Assembly: GCA_963699775.1 (NCBI GenBank)
Contig: CAVOVE010000001.1
Span: forward strand, 219,772-283,771
DNA: 64,000 bases
Origin: an uncultured Candidatus Rokubacteria bacterium
GTDB taxonomy: Bacteria > JAUVQV01 > DATDCY01
Reading direction: 5' to 3'
In this document: piece after piece, positions 47,363 through 58,636 of the stretch
How positions within the stretch are numbered: the stretch's first letter is position 1
How the letters are laid out: each line of letters opens with the position of its first letter
Translations under genes and position numbers: made by a program
The notes under the pieces: generated by a model
What the model was told of the DNA's origin: nothing
Databases searched by the model: none
The model's input: only the letters and a program-made list of their open reading frames with translations

Positions 47363-48400
47363 ACCGGCTGCGCAGCCGCATCGTCGGCACGGGGTCGTAC
47401 CTGCCCGAACGCGTGATGACCAACCGCGACCTGGAGGCGATGGTCGAGACCAACGACGAGTGGATCGTCAGCCGCACCGGGATCCGCGAGCGGCGCATCG
47501 CCGCCGACCACGAGGCGACCTCGGATCTCGCCTACGAAGCCTCCCGCCGGGCTCTGGACGCCGCGGGGCTGCGCGCCCAGCGATCTCGACCTCGTCGTCG
47601 TCGCCACGCTGACCCCGGACGCGCCGCTGCCGGCCACCGCGATCTATCTTCAGCACCGTCTCGGCGCGAAAAAGGCCGCGGCCTTCGACGTCATGGCCGC
47701 CTGCACGGGCTTTGTCTACGGAATCTCGGTCGTCGACGGGCTGATCCGCACCGGGGTCGCGAAGAACTGCCTGCTGGTCGGGGCCGAGGTGCTCTCCCGG
47801 GTGCATGAACTGGAAGGACCGGGGCACCTGCATCATCTTCGGCGACGGCGCCGGCGCGGCGGTTCTCGTCCCCACGCACGGGCGCTGCCGGCGTGCTCTC
47901 GACACACCTCTACGCCGACGGCGGCCAGGCCGACCTGCTGTGCATCCCCGGCGGCGGCTCGCGCATCCCCGCCTCGCACGAGGCCATCGATCAGGGGCTG
48001 CAGTACGTGCACATGAAAGGCAACGAGACCTTCAAGCTCGCCGTGAAGGGGATGGCCGAGGCCGCCAATGCGGCGCTCGCGGCCAACGATGTCTCCGCGA
48101 GCGATCTCGCCCTGCTGATTCCGCACCAGGCGAACATCAGGATCATCGAGGCGACCGCGCAGCGGCTGCACCTGCCGATGTCGAAGGTCTTCGTGAACAT
48201 CCAGCGCTACGGGAACACCTCGGGGGCGACCGATCCCCATCGCCCTGGACGAGGCCGTGCGGGAGGGGCGTGTCGCTCCCGGGGACCTGGTTCTGCTCGA
48301 CGCTTTCGGGGCCGGGTTCACCTGGGGGTCGGCGCTGATCCGGTGGTACGACGGTGCGCATGGACGCGAACTTCGGGGAGACGTACACGGACTGACTGCT
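47359..48400 (+). CDS. fabH: 3-oxoacyl-ACP synthase III (FabH); 2-3 frameshifts, 3' end approximate
   Basis: [19 protein letters not shown]...[19 protein letters not shown] active-site Cys, [24 protein letters not shown]. Confidence 0.85.
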
Positions 48401-48461
48401 GAACAGGGTCCAGGGCAGGGGCCGTTTTCAGCGGTCAGCGGAAAAAGGAGTCGACGACGAA

Positions 48462-49621
48462 ATGGACTACTTCCTGACCGAGCAGCAGACGATGATCCGC
48501 GAGACCGCGCGGCAGATCGCGCGGGAGAAGATCGTCCCCGTGCGGGCCGAGCTCGACGAGAAAGAGGAGTTCCCCTGGGAGGTCATCAAGGCGTGCGCCG
48601 CGGCCGACCTCTTCGCGATCTGGGTCCCCGAGGCCTACGGCGGGCTCGGCGGCGGCATCCTCGACCTGTGCGTCGGCCGTCGAGGAACTCTCGCGCGCCT
48701 GCGCCGGCGTCGCCGTCTCCTACGCCGCCTCCGCGCTCGGCACGATCCCGATCGTCCTCTTCGGCTCCGAGGAGCAGAAGGCGAAGTACCTCCCCGACGT
48801 GGCCTCCGGGCGCCGGCTCGGGGCCTTCGCCCTCACCGAGGCCGGCGCCGGCAGCGACGCCGGCGGCGTGCAGACCACCGCGCGGCTCGACGGCGACCAC
48901 TACGTGCTCAACGGCACGAAGCAGTGGATCACCAACGGCGGGGACGCCGAGATCTACACGGTGGTCGCCATCACCGACCGCAGCCGCGGCGCGCGCGGCG
49001 CGAGCACCTTCATCGTCGAGAAAGGCACGCCCGGGCTTCACCTTCGGCAAGAAGGAGATCAAGATGGGCATCCGCTCCTCCTCGACGCGCGAGCTGGTCT
49101 TCACGGACTGCCGCGTCCCGAAGGAGAACCTGCTCGGCAAGGAGGGGCAGGGGTTCATCGTCGCGATGAAGACCCTCGACAAGAGCCGCCCCGGCATCGG
49201 CGCCCAGGCGCTCGGGATCGCCCAGGGGGCCTTCGACGAGGCCGCGGCCTACTCCCGCCAGCGGGTGCAGTTCGGCCACCCGATCTCCTCGTTCCAGGCC
49301 GTCCAGCACATGCTCGCGAACATGGCGATCAAGATCGAGGCCTCGCGCTCGCTGATCTACTCGGTGGCGCGCTACATCGACTCCGGCGCCAAGGACTACT
49401 CCAAGGAGTCGGCGATGGCCAAGGTCTTCCCCTCCGACATGGCGATGGAGGTCACCACCGACGCCGTCCAGATCCTCGGCGGCTACGGCTACATGCGCGA
49501 CTACCCCGTCGAGAAGATGATGCGCGACGCCAAGATCACCCAGATCTACGAGGGGACGAACCAGGTCATCCGCAACGTGATCGGGCTGGCGATCATCAAG
49601 GAATTCGCCAAGCGCGCCTAG
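48462..49621 (+). CDS. Acyl-CoA dehydrogenase (short-chain/butyryl-CoA dehydrogenase-like); 2 frameshifts
   Basis: MDYFLTEQQ...[14 protein letters not shown]...[10 protein letters not shown]...[13 protein letters not shown]; AAAGGAG ribosome-binding site. Confidence 0.85.
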
Positions 49622-49651
49622 GGAGTATGTCATGAACAGGGGCACTCGGGC

Positions 49652-50440
49652 ATGAAGATCATCGTCTGCATCAAGCAGGTTCCGGACACGGTCCACGTCC
49701 GGATCGACGAGAAGACGGGGGCCATGGAGCGCGAGGGCGTGCCGGCCGTCGTCAACCCGTACGACCTCTACGCGCTCGAGGAGGCCCTGCGGCTGCGCGA
49801 GGCGCACGGCGGCTCGGTGGCGGCGCTGACCATGGGGCCGCCGCAGGCCGAGGCGGTGCTGCGCGACGCGATCGCGCTCGGGGTCGACGAGGGGTATCAC
49901 CTGAGCGGCCGGGAGTTCGCCGGGGGCGACACGCTCGCCACCTCGTACGCGCTGGCCAAGGGCGTGGAGAAGATCGGCGAGTACCACCTCGTCCTCTGCG
50001 GCAAGCAGGCGATCGACGGGGACACCGCCCAGGTCGGCCCCGAACTGGCCGAGCACCTCGGCCTCCCGTTCCTCGGGTTCGTGCGCCGCGTGCGCGAGGC
50101 GGGCACCGGACGGATCGTCGTCGAGCGGATGACCGAGGACGGCGCCGACGTCGTCGAGTCGAGCCTGCCGGCGGTGCTCTCCGTGGTCAAGGAGATCAAC
50201 ACGCCGCGGCTGCCCTCGCTCAAGGGGAAGATGCGCGCCAAGTCCTTCAAGGCCACGACCTGGAACGCCGCCGCCCTGGGCGCCGACGAGGCGCGGCTGG
50301 GTTTCGCCGGTTCGCCGACCAAGGTCGTGAAGATCTTCCACCCCGAAGCCCGCCGCGGCGGCGAGATCCTCACGGGCGAGCCCGCCGAGGTCGCCGGGCG
50401 CCTGGCCGAGACGCTGCGCTCCCTGGGGGTCTGCCGATGA
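49652..50440 (+). CDS. etfB: Electron transfer flavoprotein beta subunit
   Basis: MKIIVCIKQVPDT... is the canonical EtfB. Confidence 0.85.
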   Translation: MKIIVCIKQVPDTVHVRIDEKTGAMEREGVPAVVNPYDLYALEEALRLREAHGGSVAALTMGPPQAEAVLRDAIALGVDEGYHLSGREFAGGDTLATSYALAKGVEKIGEYHLVLCGKQAIDGDTAQVGPELAEHLGLPFLGFVRRVREAGTGRIVVERMTEDGADVVESSLPAVLSVVKEINTPRLPSLKGKMRAKSFKATTWNAAALGADEARLGFAGSPTKVVKIFHPEARRGGEILTGEPAEVAGRLAETLRSLGVCR

Positions 50441-51624
50441 CCATGGTCCGGGTGCTTCCCGAGCAGTGCACCGGCTGCGGCGAGTGCGTCGCCTCCTGCC
50501 CGGTCGCCGCCATCGAGATGCGCGGCGAGCGGGCGTTCATCACCGACGCCTGCACCGTCTGCGGCATCTGCGTCACCGTCTGCCCCGTCGAGGCGATCGA
50601 GATGGAGCACGTGGCCCCGGCGGTCCGGCCGAGCGAGCCCTGCCGCGGCGTCTGGGTCTTCGCCGAGCTGCACCACGGCCGCCTCGTCGGCGTCTCGCGC
50701 GAGCTGATGGCCAAGGGGCGCCAGCTCGCCGACCGCAAGGGCACCGAGCTGACGGCGCTGGTCTTCGGCGCCGCGGTCGAGGCGCCGGCCCGCGAACTGG
50801 TCGCGCTCGGCGCGGACCGCGTCCTCGGCGCCGAGCACCCGCTCCTGGAGCTGTTCCACGACGACGCCTACGTCGAGGCCTTCATGGCGCTCGCCGACGG
50901 GCAGCGACCCGAGATCATGCTCTGCGGCGGCACCGTCCTCGGCCGCGCCTTCTTCCCGCGCCTCGCCGCGCGCCTCGGCACGGGCCTCACCGCCGACTGC
51001 ACCGCCCTCGAGATCGACGAGGAGAGCGGCATCCTGCTGCAGACCCGCCCGGCCTACGGCGGCAACCTGCTGGCGACCATCGCCTGCCCCGACCGGCGGC
51101 CGCAGATGGCGACGGTCCGCCCGAAGGTCTTCCCCGCCGGGGCGGCCGACCCGGCCCGCAGCGGGGAGATCGTCATCCGCCGCGACTGGGAGGGCGTCAT
51201 CCGGTCGCGCACCAAGGTGCTCGAGGTCCTCGAGGAGGTCGTGCAGACCGTGAACATCGCCGAGGCCGACGTCATCGTCGCGGGCGGGCGCGGCATGGGC
51301 GCGGCGGAAAACTTCGCCCTGCTCGAACAGCTGGCCCAGGCGCTCGGCGGCGCCGTCGCCGCCAGCCGCGCCCCGGTCGACGCCGGCTGGGTGCCCTACG
51401 CGCGCCAGGTCGGGCAGACCGGCAAGACGGTGTGCCCCAAGCTGTACATCGCCTGCGGGATCTCCGGCCAGGTGCAGCACCTGGTGGGCATGCAGTCCGC
51501 CGACGTCATCGTGGCGATCAACAAGGACCCGCAGGCGCCGATCTTCTCGGTCGCGACGTACGGGATCGTCGGCGACGCGCTCGAGATCGTCCCGTTGCTG
51601 ATCAAGGCGCTCGGGCGCGGCTAG
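50437..51624 (+). CDS. etfA: Electron transfer flavoprotein alpha subunit with N-terminal 2x[4Fe-4S] ferredoxin domain
   Basis: Two CxxCxxCxxxCP motifs (CTGCGECVASCP, CTVCGICVTVCP), then EtfA core and FAD-binding C-terminal domain. Overlaps the etfB stop. Confidence 0.85.
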   Translation: MTMVRVLPEQCTGCGECVASCPVAAIEMRGERAFITDACTVCGICVTVCPVEAIEMEHVAPAVRPSEPCRGVWVFAELHHGRLVGVSRELMAKGRQLADRKGTELTALVFGAAVEAPARELVALGADRVLGAEHPLLELFHDDAYVEAFMALADGQRPEIMLCGGTVLGRAFFPRLAARLGTGLTADCTALEIDEESGILLQTRPAYGGNLLATIACPDRRPQMATVRPKVFPAGAADPARSGEIVIRRDWEGVIRSRTKVLEVLEEVVQTVNIAEADVIVAGGRGMGAAENFALLEQLAQALGGAVAASRAPVDAGWVPYARQVGQTGKTVCPKLYIACGISGQVQHLVGMQSADVIVAINKDPQAPIFSVATYGIVGDALEIVPLLIKALGRG

Positions 51625-51641
51625 CGAAAGGAGGGCGAGCG

Positions 51642-52604
51642 TTGAAGACGGCATTTCTCTTCCCCGGGCAGGGCTCGCAGTACGTCGGCATGGGTCGGGA
51701 CCTCTACGCGACCTACCCGAGTTGCCAGAGCCTGTTCCACGAGGCGGACCGCATCCTCGGCTTCGAGCTCTCGCACCTGGCGTTTCACGGTCCCGGGGAG
51801 AAGCTCATGCTCACCGAGTACGCCCAGCCGGCGATCCTCATGGTGAGCGCGGCCCTCGAGTCGCTGTTGCGCGCGGGCGGGATCGCTCCGGACTACGTCG
51901 CCGGCCACAGCCTCGGCGAGTACTCGGCCCTCGTTTCCGCCGGGAGCCTGAGTTTCACCGACGCGATCCGCCTCGTGCGCCGTCGCGGCGTCCTGATGGA
52001 GGAGGCGGTTCCCGCCGGCCAGGGCACGATGGCCGCGGTCCTCGGCATGGAACTGGCCGCGGTGGAGGCGGTCTGCCGCGAGGCGGCCGCGGCGACCCGC
52101 GCCGTCGTCGAGGTCGCGAACATCAACTCCCCGGGCCAGATCGTGATCTCGGGGAGCAAGGACGCGGTCCTCGCGGCCATGGACCTGTTCAAGAAGGCCG
52201 GGGCGCGCCGCGTCATCCCGCTCGCGGTCAGCGGCCCCTTCCACTCCCAGCTCATGCTGCCGGTCGCCGAGGTCTTCGAGCGCCACCTGCGCCAGGCCGT
52301 CTTCCACGACCCGAAAGTCCCGGTCGTGACCAATGTCGGCGCCAAACTCGTGCGCCGCAAGGAGGAGCTCGAACAGCTTCTGGGCCGGCAGATCTACTCC
52401 CGGGTGGAGTGGGAGGCCTCGATGCGCCGGCTCCTGGCGCTCGGGGTGGAGCGATTCATCGAGGTCGGCCCGGGACGGGTGCTCGCGGGTCTGATGAAAA
52501 AGATTGACAACAAGGCGGTTTGCCATTATGTGGAGGATGTTCAATCCTTGGAAAAGCTGTTCGGACGGACCGGGGAGGTAGTCGAGACACATGGGGAAGA
52601 CTGA
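51642..52604 (+). CDS. fabD: Malonyl-CoA:ACP transacylase
   Basis: TTG start after an AAAGGAGGG ribosome-binding site. FLFPGQGSQ, GHSLGEYSAL. Confidence 0.85.
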   Translation: MKTAFLFPGQGSQYVGMGRDLYATYPSCQSLFHEADRILGFELSHLAFHGPGEKLMLTEYAQPAILMVSAALESLLRAGGIAPDYVAGHSLGEYSALVSAGSLSFTDAIRLVRRRGVLMEEAVPAGQGTMAAVLGMELAAVEAVCREAAAATRAVVEVANINSPGQIVISGSKDAVLAAMDLFKKAGARRVIPLAVSGPFHSQLMLPVAEVFERHLRQAVFHDPKVPVVTNVGAKLVRRKEELEQLLGRQIYSRVEWEASMRRLLALGVERFIEVGPGRVLAGLMKKIDNKAVCHYVEDVQSLEKLFGRTGEVVETHGED

Positions 52605-53334
52605 GCAGCGGGTCGCGCTCGTCACGGGCGGCGCGCAGGGGATCGGGCGCGCCATCGCGCTGGCGCTGGCCAGCGCCGGGATGGACGTCGCCGTCGTGGA
52701 TCTGAACCCCGACGGGGTTGCCGCCGCGGTCGCGGAGCTGGCGGCCACGGGGCGGCGCGCCTTCGGTTTCACCGGGGACGTCTCCTCGCTCGCCTTCGCC
52801 CAGGAGGCGGTCGCGAAGACCGTCGCCGCCGCCGGCGCGCTGCACGTGCTCGTGAACAACGCCGGCATCACGCGCGACGGGCTGATCCTGCGCATGAAGC
52901 CCGAGGACTGGGATGCGGTCCTGCGGGTCAACCTCACCGGTTCCTTCAACTTCTGCAAGGCCGCCGTGCCGGGCCTGATCAAGCAGCGCTGGGGGCGGAT
53001 CGTGAACATCTCCTCCGTCGTCGGCGCCATGGGCAACGCGGGGCAGGTGAATTACGCCGCCTCGAAAGCCGGGCTGATCGGGCTCACCAAGTCGCTGGCC
53101 CGCGAGGTCGCCTCGCGCGGCGTCACGGTGAACGCGGTGGCCCCGGGGTTCATCGACACCGCGATGACGCAGGCGATGCCGGCCAAGGCGCGGGAAACCC
53201 TGATCGCACAGATCCCGGCGGGGCGCCTCGGCCAGGCCGAGGATGTGGCCGCGGCCGTCGGCTACCTCGTCTCGGAGGGGGCCGGCTACGTCACCGGGCA
53301 GGTGCTTCACGTCAACGGCGGCATGTACACCTAG
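52591..53334 (+). CDS. fabG: 3-oxoacyl-ACP reductase
   Basis: Short-chain dehydrogenase/reductase with [13 protein letters not shown], and Y...K active site; 247 aa. Confidence 0.9.
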   Translation: MGKTEQRVALVTGGAQGIGRAIALALASAGMDVAVVDLNPDGVAAAVAELAATGRRAFGFTGDVSSLAFAQEAVAKTVAAAGALHVLVNNAGITRDGLILRMKPEDWDAVLRVNLTGSFNFCKAAVPGLIKQRWGRIVNISSVVGAMGNAGQVNYAASKAGLIGLTKSLAREVASRGVTVNAVAPGFIDTAMTQAMPAKARETLIAQIPAGRLGQAEDVAAAVGYLVSEGAGYVTGQVLHVNGGMYT

Positions 53335-53386
53335 GCATGATCGACGTTTCTTCTACTGCGACCACAACCACAAGGAGGAGATCACG

Positions 53387-53627
53387 ATGTCCGTTGAAGA
53401 ACGGGTTAAGAAAATCATTGTCGAGCAGCTCGGGGCCAACGCCGACGAGGTCAGCGCCGAGTCGGCGTTCGTCGAGGACCTCGGCGCGGACTCGCTCGAC
53501 ACGGTCGAGCTGGTCATGGCCTTCGAGGAGGAGTTCGACATCGAGATCCCCGACGAGGACGCCGAGAAGATCGCTGAACGTCGGCGATGCGGTCAAGTAC
53601 ATCGACGAGCACTCCGCCAAGAAGTAG
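53387..53627 (+). CDS. acpP: Acyl carrier protein; one frameshift near 53570
   Basis: [16 protein letters not shown]...[27 protein letters not shown]-terminus [14 protein letters not shown] in the adjacent frame. Confidence 0.85.
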
Positions 53628-53696
53628 GCGGCCGGCAGCAACCGCCCGCGGCGCCTGTGGTGTGCCGCGGGTGCTCTTTTTTCAGGGAGGACGAGG

Positions 53697-54954
53697 GTGA
53701 GCGAGCAATCACGCAACAGCGCTCTGCGGCGCGTGGTCGTTACCGGGATCGGCGCGGTTTCGCCGTTCGGGGAAGGCGTCGGGGTCCTCTGGGAGGGGCT
53801 CTGCGCGGGACGGTCGGGGATCGGGCCGATCACCCGGTTCGACACCACCGGGTACGACACGACCATCGCCGGCGAGGTGCCGGGTTTCGACCCCGAGCGC
53901 TACCTCGAGAAGAAGGAGGCCCGCAAGGCCGACCGCTTCGTGCAGTTCGCGGTGGCGGCCAGCCGGATGGCGATGGACGACTCCGGGATCGTGGTCACGC
54001 CGCACCTCGCCGACGACTTCGGCTGCATCATCGGCGCCGGCATCGGCGGGATGAGCACGATCGAGGATTTCCACACCGTCCTGATGACCAAGGGCCCGAA
54101 GCGCGTCTCGCCCTTCTCGATCCCGAAGATCATCATCAACATCGCCCCCGGCTACGTCTCGATGCAGTTCGGCCTGAAGGGGCCCAACGAGAGCGTCGTG
54201 ACCGCCTGCGCGACCGGCAACCACTGCATCGGCTCGGCCGCCCGCTGGATCCAGGTCGGCGAGGCGACGGCGATGCTCGCCGGCGGCAGCGAGGCGACCA
54301 TCACGCCGATGGGCATCAGCGGGTTCAACGCCCTCAAGGCGCTCTCGACCCACAACGAGGAGCCGACAGAAGGCCTCGCGCCCGTTCGACCTGGAGCGCG
54401 ACGGTTTCGTCATGGGCGAGGGCGCGGGGGTCATCGTGCTCGAGGAGCTCGGGCACGCGCTCGCGCGCGGCGCCCGGATCTACGCCGAGTACGGCGGCTA
54501 CGGGTCGACGGGCGACGCCTACCACATGACCGCCCCCTCGCCGGACGGCGAAGGCGCCGCGCGGTGCATGAGCCAGGCGATTCGCGCCGCCGGGCTCGCG
54601 CCGTCGCAGATCGACTACATCAACGCGCACGGCACCTCGACGAAGTTCAACGACATGATCGAGACCAAGGCGATCAAGACGGTCTTCGGCGAGCACGCCC
54701 GGCGCGTCCCGGTGAGCTCGACCAAGTCGATGACCGGGCACCTGCTCGGCGCGGCCGGCGGCATCGAGGCGATCGCCTCCGTGCTGGCCATCGAGCACGG
54801 GATCATCCCGCCGACGATCAACCTCGAGCACCCCGACCCCGAGTGCGACCTGGATTACGTGCCGAACACGGCGCGCCGCGTCGCGGTGCGCAACGTGCTG
54901 TCGAACACCTTCGGGTTCGGCGGCGCCAACGCCAGCGTGGTCTTCAAGCGCTAA
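53697..54954 (+). CDS. fabF: 3-oxoacyl-ACP synthase II; one frameshift near 54375
   Basis: [13 protein letters not shown]..., active-site Cys region [44 protein letters not shown]. Confidence 0.9.
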
Positions 54955-55046
54955 GCGCGCATCGGTCGCGCAGGCCCTCGACCTGTCGCGACTCAGACCG
55001 CATCCCCGACGTCGGCCGCTCGCGAAGCGCGGTATCACGGGAATGA

Positions 55047-55766
55047 GTGACGGGGAACTGCTTCCGGCGACGGCGGCCTCGAGGGCGGATCGGGTACCGT
55101 TTCCGCCGCCCCGCGCTGCTGGCGGCGCTCACCCACCGCTCGGTGGTCGGCGAGCTGCCGGCCGGCGAAGCCGAGGACAACGAGCGCCTGGAGTTTCTCG
55201 GGGACGCGGTTCTCGGGCTGGCGGCGGCGCGCCATCTCGCCGAGGAGCACCCGGCGGCGCGCGAAGGCGAGCTCACGCGGATGCGGGCGGCGCTCGTCGG
55301 CGAGCCGGCGCTCGCGACGGCGGCGCGCGATCTGAACCTCGGGGAGCGGCTCTGGTTCGGCCGGGGCGAGGAGCGCTCGGGCGGGCGCGAGAAGCCCTCG
55401 ATCCTCGCGGGGGCGCTCGAGGCGCTGGTCGGCGCGGTGTTTCTCGACGGCGGCTGGCGCAGCGCCTATCGCCTCTGCTGCGCGATCTTCCGCGGGCCGG
55501 CCGGCAAGGCGATTGCCGCCGGGCAGGCCGGCGATGCGAAAACACGGCTCCAGGAGCTCTGCCAGGAGCGCGAGCGCGAAACCCCCGACTATGCGCTGGT
55601 CGAGCAGAGCGGTCCCGCGCACCGGCCGCTCTTCGTCGCCGAGGCGCGGCTGGGCGGACGGGTCCTCGGCCGCGGCGAGGGCGGGAGCCGCAAGAGCGCG
55701 GAGCAGGCGGCGGCGGCCGCGGCCCTCGACGCCGTCGACGAACATCTCGCAAAGGGAGACGTGTAA
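55047..55766 (+). CDS. rnc: Ribonuclease III
   Basis: GTG start. [31 protein letters not shown] signature, dsRBD C-terminus. Confidence 0.85.
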   Translation: MTGNCFRRRRPRGRIGYRFRRPALLAALTHRSVVGELPAGEAEDNERLEFLGDAVLGLAAARHLAEEHPAAREGELTRMRAALVGEPALATAARDLNLGERLWFGRGEERSGGREKPSILAGALEALVGAVFLDGGWRSAYRLCCAIFRGPAGKAIAAGQAGDAKTRLQELCQERERETPDYALVEQSGPAHRPLFVAEARLGGRVLGRGEGGSRKSAEQAAAAAALDAVDEHLAKGDV

Positions 55767-55770
55767 GAGC

Positions 55771-57358
55771 ATGCAGCCGACCGCAGACCGAGCCGCCGGG
55801 AGCCCGGCTGCCCGTCGTGGCGATCATCGGCCGGCCGAACGTCGGCAAGTCCACGCTCTTCAACCGTCTCGTGCGGCGGCGCCAGGCCATCGTCGACGAC
55901 CAGGCCGGGGTCACGCGCGACCGCCAGTACGCCGTCGCGGAGTGGGACGGGGTGCCCTTCACCGATCGTCGACACCGGCGGCTTCGATCTTTTCTCCGAC
56001 GACTCGATGGCCGTCAAGATCCGCGACCAGGCCGCCGCCGCGCTCGCCGATGCCGACGTCGTCCTCTTCGTGGCCGACGCCGTCGAGGGCCTGACCCCGC
56101 TCGACGAGGAGCTGGCGCGCACGGTGCTGTCGCGGTTTTCCGGCAAGGTCCTCGTGCTCGCCAACAAGGTCGACAGCCCGGCGCGCGAGCCGCTCGCGCT
56201 CGATTTCTACCGCCTCGGCGTCGACCGGGTCTACCCGGTGTCGGCGGAGCACGCGATCGGTCTCGACGACGTGATGGCCGAGGTCCTGAAGTCCTTCCCG
56301 CAGGCCGCGGCCGTGGCCGACGCCGGGGCGGAGGCGGTCCGGGTCGCCCTCGTCGGGAGGCCGAACGTCGGCAAGTCCTCCCTGGTCAACGCGCTGCTCG
56401 GGGAGGACCGCGTCGTCGTCGACGCGACGCCGGGCACGACGCGGGACGCCGTCGACACGCCCGTTCTCGCGCGGCGACGAGCGCTGGGTGCTCGTCGACA
56501 CCGCGGGGATCCGCCGCCGCGGCCGCATCCAGGCCGACCTCGAGAAGTACAGCGTGCTGCGCTCGAACCGCGCGATCGGGCGCGCGGACGTCTGCGTGCT
56601 GGTCCTCGACGCGACGGAACTCGTGACCGACCAGGACGCGCACATCGCCGGGGCGATCGTCGAGGCGAAGAAGGCCTGCGTCGTGGTCGTCAACAAGTGG
56701 GACCTCGTCGATCTCGGCCCGACGGCCGGCGACGAGTATCGCCGTCTGCTCGCCGAGCGGCTCAAGCATCTCTCGTGGGCGCCGGTGCTCCTGGCCTCGG
56801 CGCTGAACGGCCGGAACATCGCCAAGCTCCTCGACCTGGCGCGCGACGCCTACCGGGAGTACTCCCGCGCGGATTCCGACTCCCGAACTCAACACGTTTT
56901 TCCGCCGCGCCGTGGCGGAGTACAAGCCGCCGACGCTCCGGGGGCGCAAGATCTCGATGGGCTACATCACCCAGGAGTCGACGCGCCCGCCGACGTTCGC
57001 GGTGCTCGTGAACGACGCCGCCCGGGTGCACTTCACCTACCGGCGCTACCTCGAGAACCGGATGCGCGAGCAGTTCGACTTCGGCGGCACCTCGATCGTC
57101 CTGAGCTTTCGCAGCAAGCAGCGCCCCGGCGCGGCGAAGCGCGAGGCGGCGAAAGCCGACACCCGCAAGCCCCTCGACCGGAAGTTCAGCGGCGACAAGC
57201 CCGCCAAGAGATTCGGCGTGAAGAAAACCGCCCCGAAGAAAACCGCCGCCGGAAGAAGCCCGGTGCGGGAAAGTCCGACTCGCGCAAGTCCGGGGCGGTG
57301 CAAGAGCGGTCCGCGCAAGCCCGGCGCCCGGAAGCCGTCTGCGGGCGGGAATCGGTAG
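55771..57358 (+). CDS. der: Ribosome-associated GTPase Der/EngA with Lys/Arg-rich C-terminal tail; about 4 frameshifts
   Basis: Two GTPase domains ([17 protein letters not shown] and [16 protein letters not shown]), KH-like domain, basic tail. Confidence 0.85.
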
Positions 57359-57409
57359 CCGCCCCGCGACATCAGAACACGAACAACAACACGAAGGGTG
57401 GATCGATCA

Positions 57410-57786
57410 TGGCCGAGAAGAAGTTTGCGTTCATCATCATGACCTCCGAGAGCCGGCCCGACGTCCCGGCCGGGGCCTTGCAGCTGGCGACCAACATGAA
57501 GGCTTTCGACGCCGAGATCGATCTGTTTCTGATGGACGAGGGCGCGCTGCTGGCGAAGCCCGGCTACGCCGCGGCCCTGGCCGCCCGCCAGAAGCCGGGG
57601 GGCTTCTCGTCGGTGGAGACGCTGCTCAAGACGCTCGTCGAGGACTTCGACGTGAAGGTCTACGTCTGCGCGTCGTGCGTCAAGCCGAACAACCTCGACC
57701 CGGCGAACCTGGCCTTTGGCGCCGTGGTCAAACCCGGTTCGTTTCTCGGCGAGATGCTGATGGAGCGCGAAGGCCTGACCTTCTAG
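57410..57786 (+). CDS. DsrE/DsrF-like family protein (sulfur-relay/peroxiredoxin-like fold)
   Basis: 125 aa MAEKKFAFIIMTSESRPD...VKVYVCASCVK...; conserved Cys in the VCxxC context typical of DsrE-like proteins. Confidence 0.55.
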
Positions 57787-57813
57787 GGACGGCCGCTGAA
57801 CAGGGCTCGTCTT

Positions 57814-57890
57814 CCGTACGGGAGGGGATGAACCCCTCCCCTACGAGTGTCTGGTTGCGTCGTACGGGGGGATGAAATCCTCCCTGCGAT
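57814..57890 (+). repeat. Two tandem REP-like palindromic units (cgtacggg[ag]gggatgaa[ac]cc[c]tccc...) downstream of the DsrE-like gene; possible terminator/mRNA-stabiliser hairpins
   Basis: Unit 1 cgtacgggaggggatgaacccctcccctacg has a perfect stem. Unit 2 cgtacggggggatgaaatcctccctgcg is imperfect. Confidence 0.45.
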
Positions 57891-57934
57891 CGCCTCCCGC
57901 TCCGAATCGGGACACGGTGCTACACTTGGGAACA

Positions 57935-58636
57935 ATGAACGAGATCAAGGGCTGGCGCGTCGAGACCTGCAAGGGGCCGAAGCAGGGTTGCGTCAACCGC
58001 GCGGCGCCCGACGACGCCCTCGCCGCGGACATCGACGGCGTTTTCCGCGGCCATGATTTCGGGGTCGGCCTGCGCGCCCTCGTCGGCGGGGCCCTCAAGC
58101 ACCGTCACGAGTTCAGCGTGGCGATCGCCGACTGTCCGAACGCCTGCTCGCGCCCCCAGATCGCCGACCTCGGGCTGATCGGCGCGGCCGAGCCGGGCTT
58201 CACCAACGAGGCCTGCCACCAGTGCATGGGCTGCGTGCACGCCTGCCGCGAGGGTGCGGTCGCGCACCCGGGCCTGCTGCCGATCATCAACTACGAGCGG
58301 TGCGTGCGCTGCGGCACGCTGCTGCCGGGTCTGTCTGAGCGGCACCCTCCAGGTCGGCGCGCCGCGGCTGGCGGATCCTCCTGGGCGGGAAGCTCGGGCG
58401 GCACCCGCGCCTCGGCAGCGAGCTGGCCGGGATCTTCCGCGCGCGCGGGCGTCCTCGCGGCGGCCGACTGCTGCATCGGGTTCTACCTGCGCAACGCCCG
58501 CGCCGGCGAGCGGCTCGGTGACCTGCTCCAGCGCGTCGGCGACGAGGAACTCGCCGCGTGCATCCGCGAGCGGGCGCCGCAGTCGACGAGCGAGCCGCAG
58601 CGGAAGCCCGCCCCGATCCTCCGCGGCCCGGTGTAG
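57935..58636 (+). CDS. Small nitrite/sulfite-reductase-like (NIR_SIR ferredoxin-like) protein with inserted 2x[4Fe-4S] ferredoxin domain (DsrA/B-like fragment architecture); one frameshift near 58320
   Basis: SVAIADCPNACSRPQIADLGLIG (NIR_SIR Fe-S loop), CHQCMGCVHAC and CVRCGTCCRVC ferredoxin motifs, ILLGGKLGRHP. Only about 235 aa, so not a full DsrA/B. Confidence 0.5.
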   Translation: MNEIKGWRVETCKGPKQGCVNRAAPDDALAADIDGVFRGHDFGVGLRALVGGALKHRHEFSVAIADCPNACSRPQIADLGLIGAAEPGFTNEACHQCMGCVHACREGAVAHPGLLPIINYERCVRCGTLLPGLSERHPPGRRAAAGGSSWAGSSGGTRASAASWPGSSARAGVLAAADCCIGFYLRNARAGERLGDLLQRVGDEELAACIRERAPQSTSEPQRKPAPILRGPV

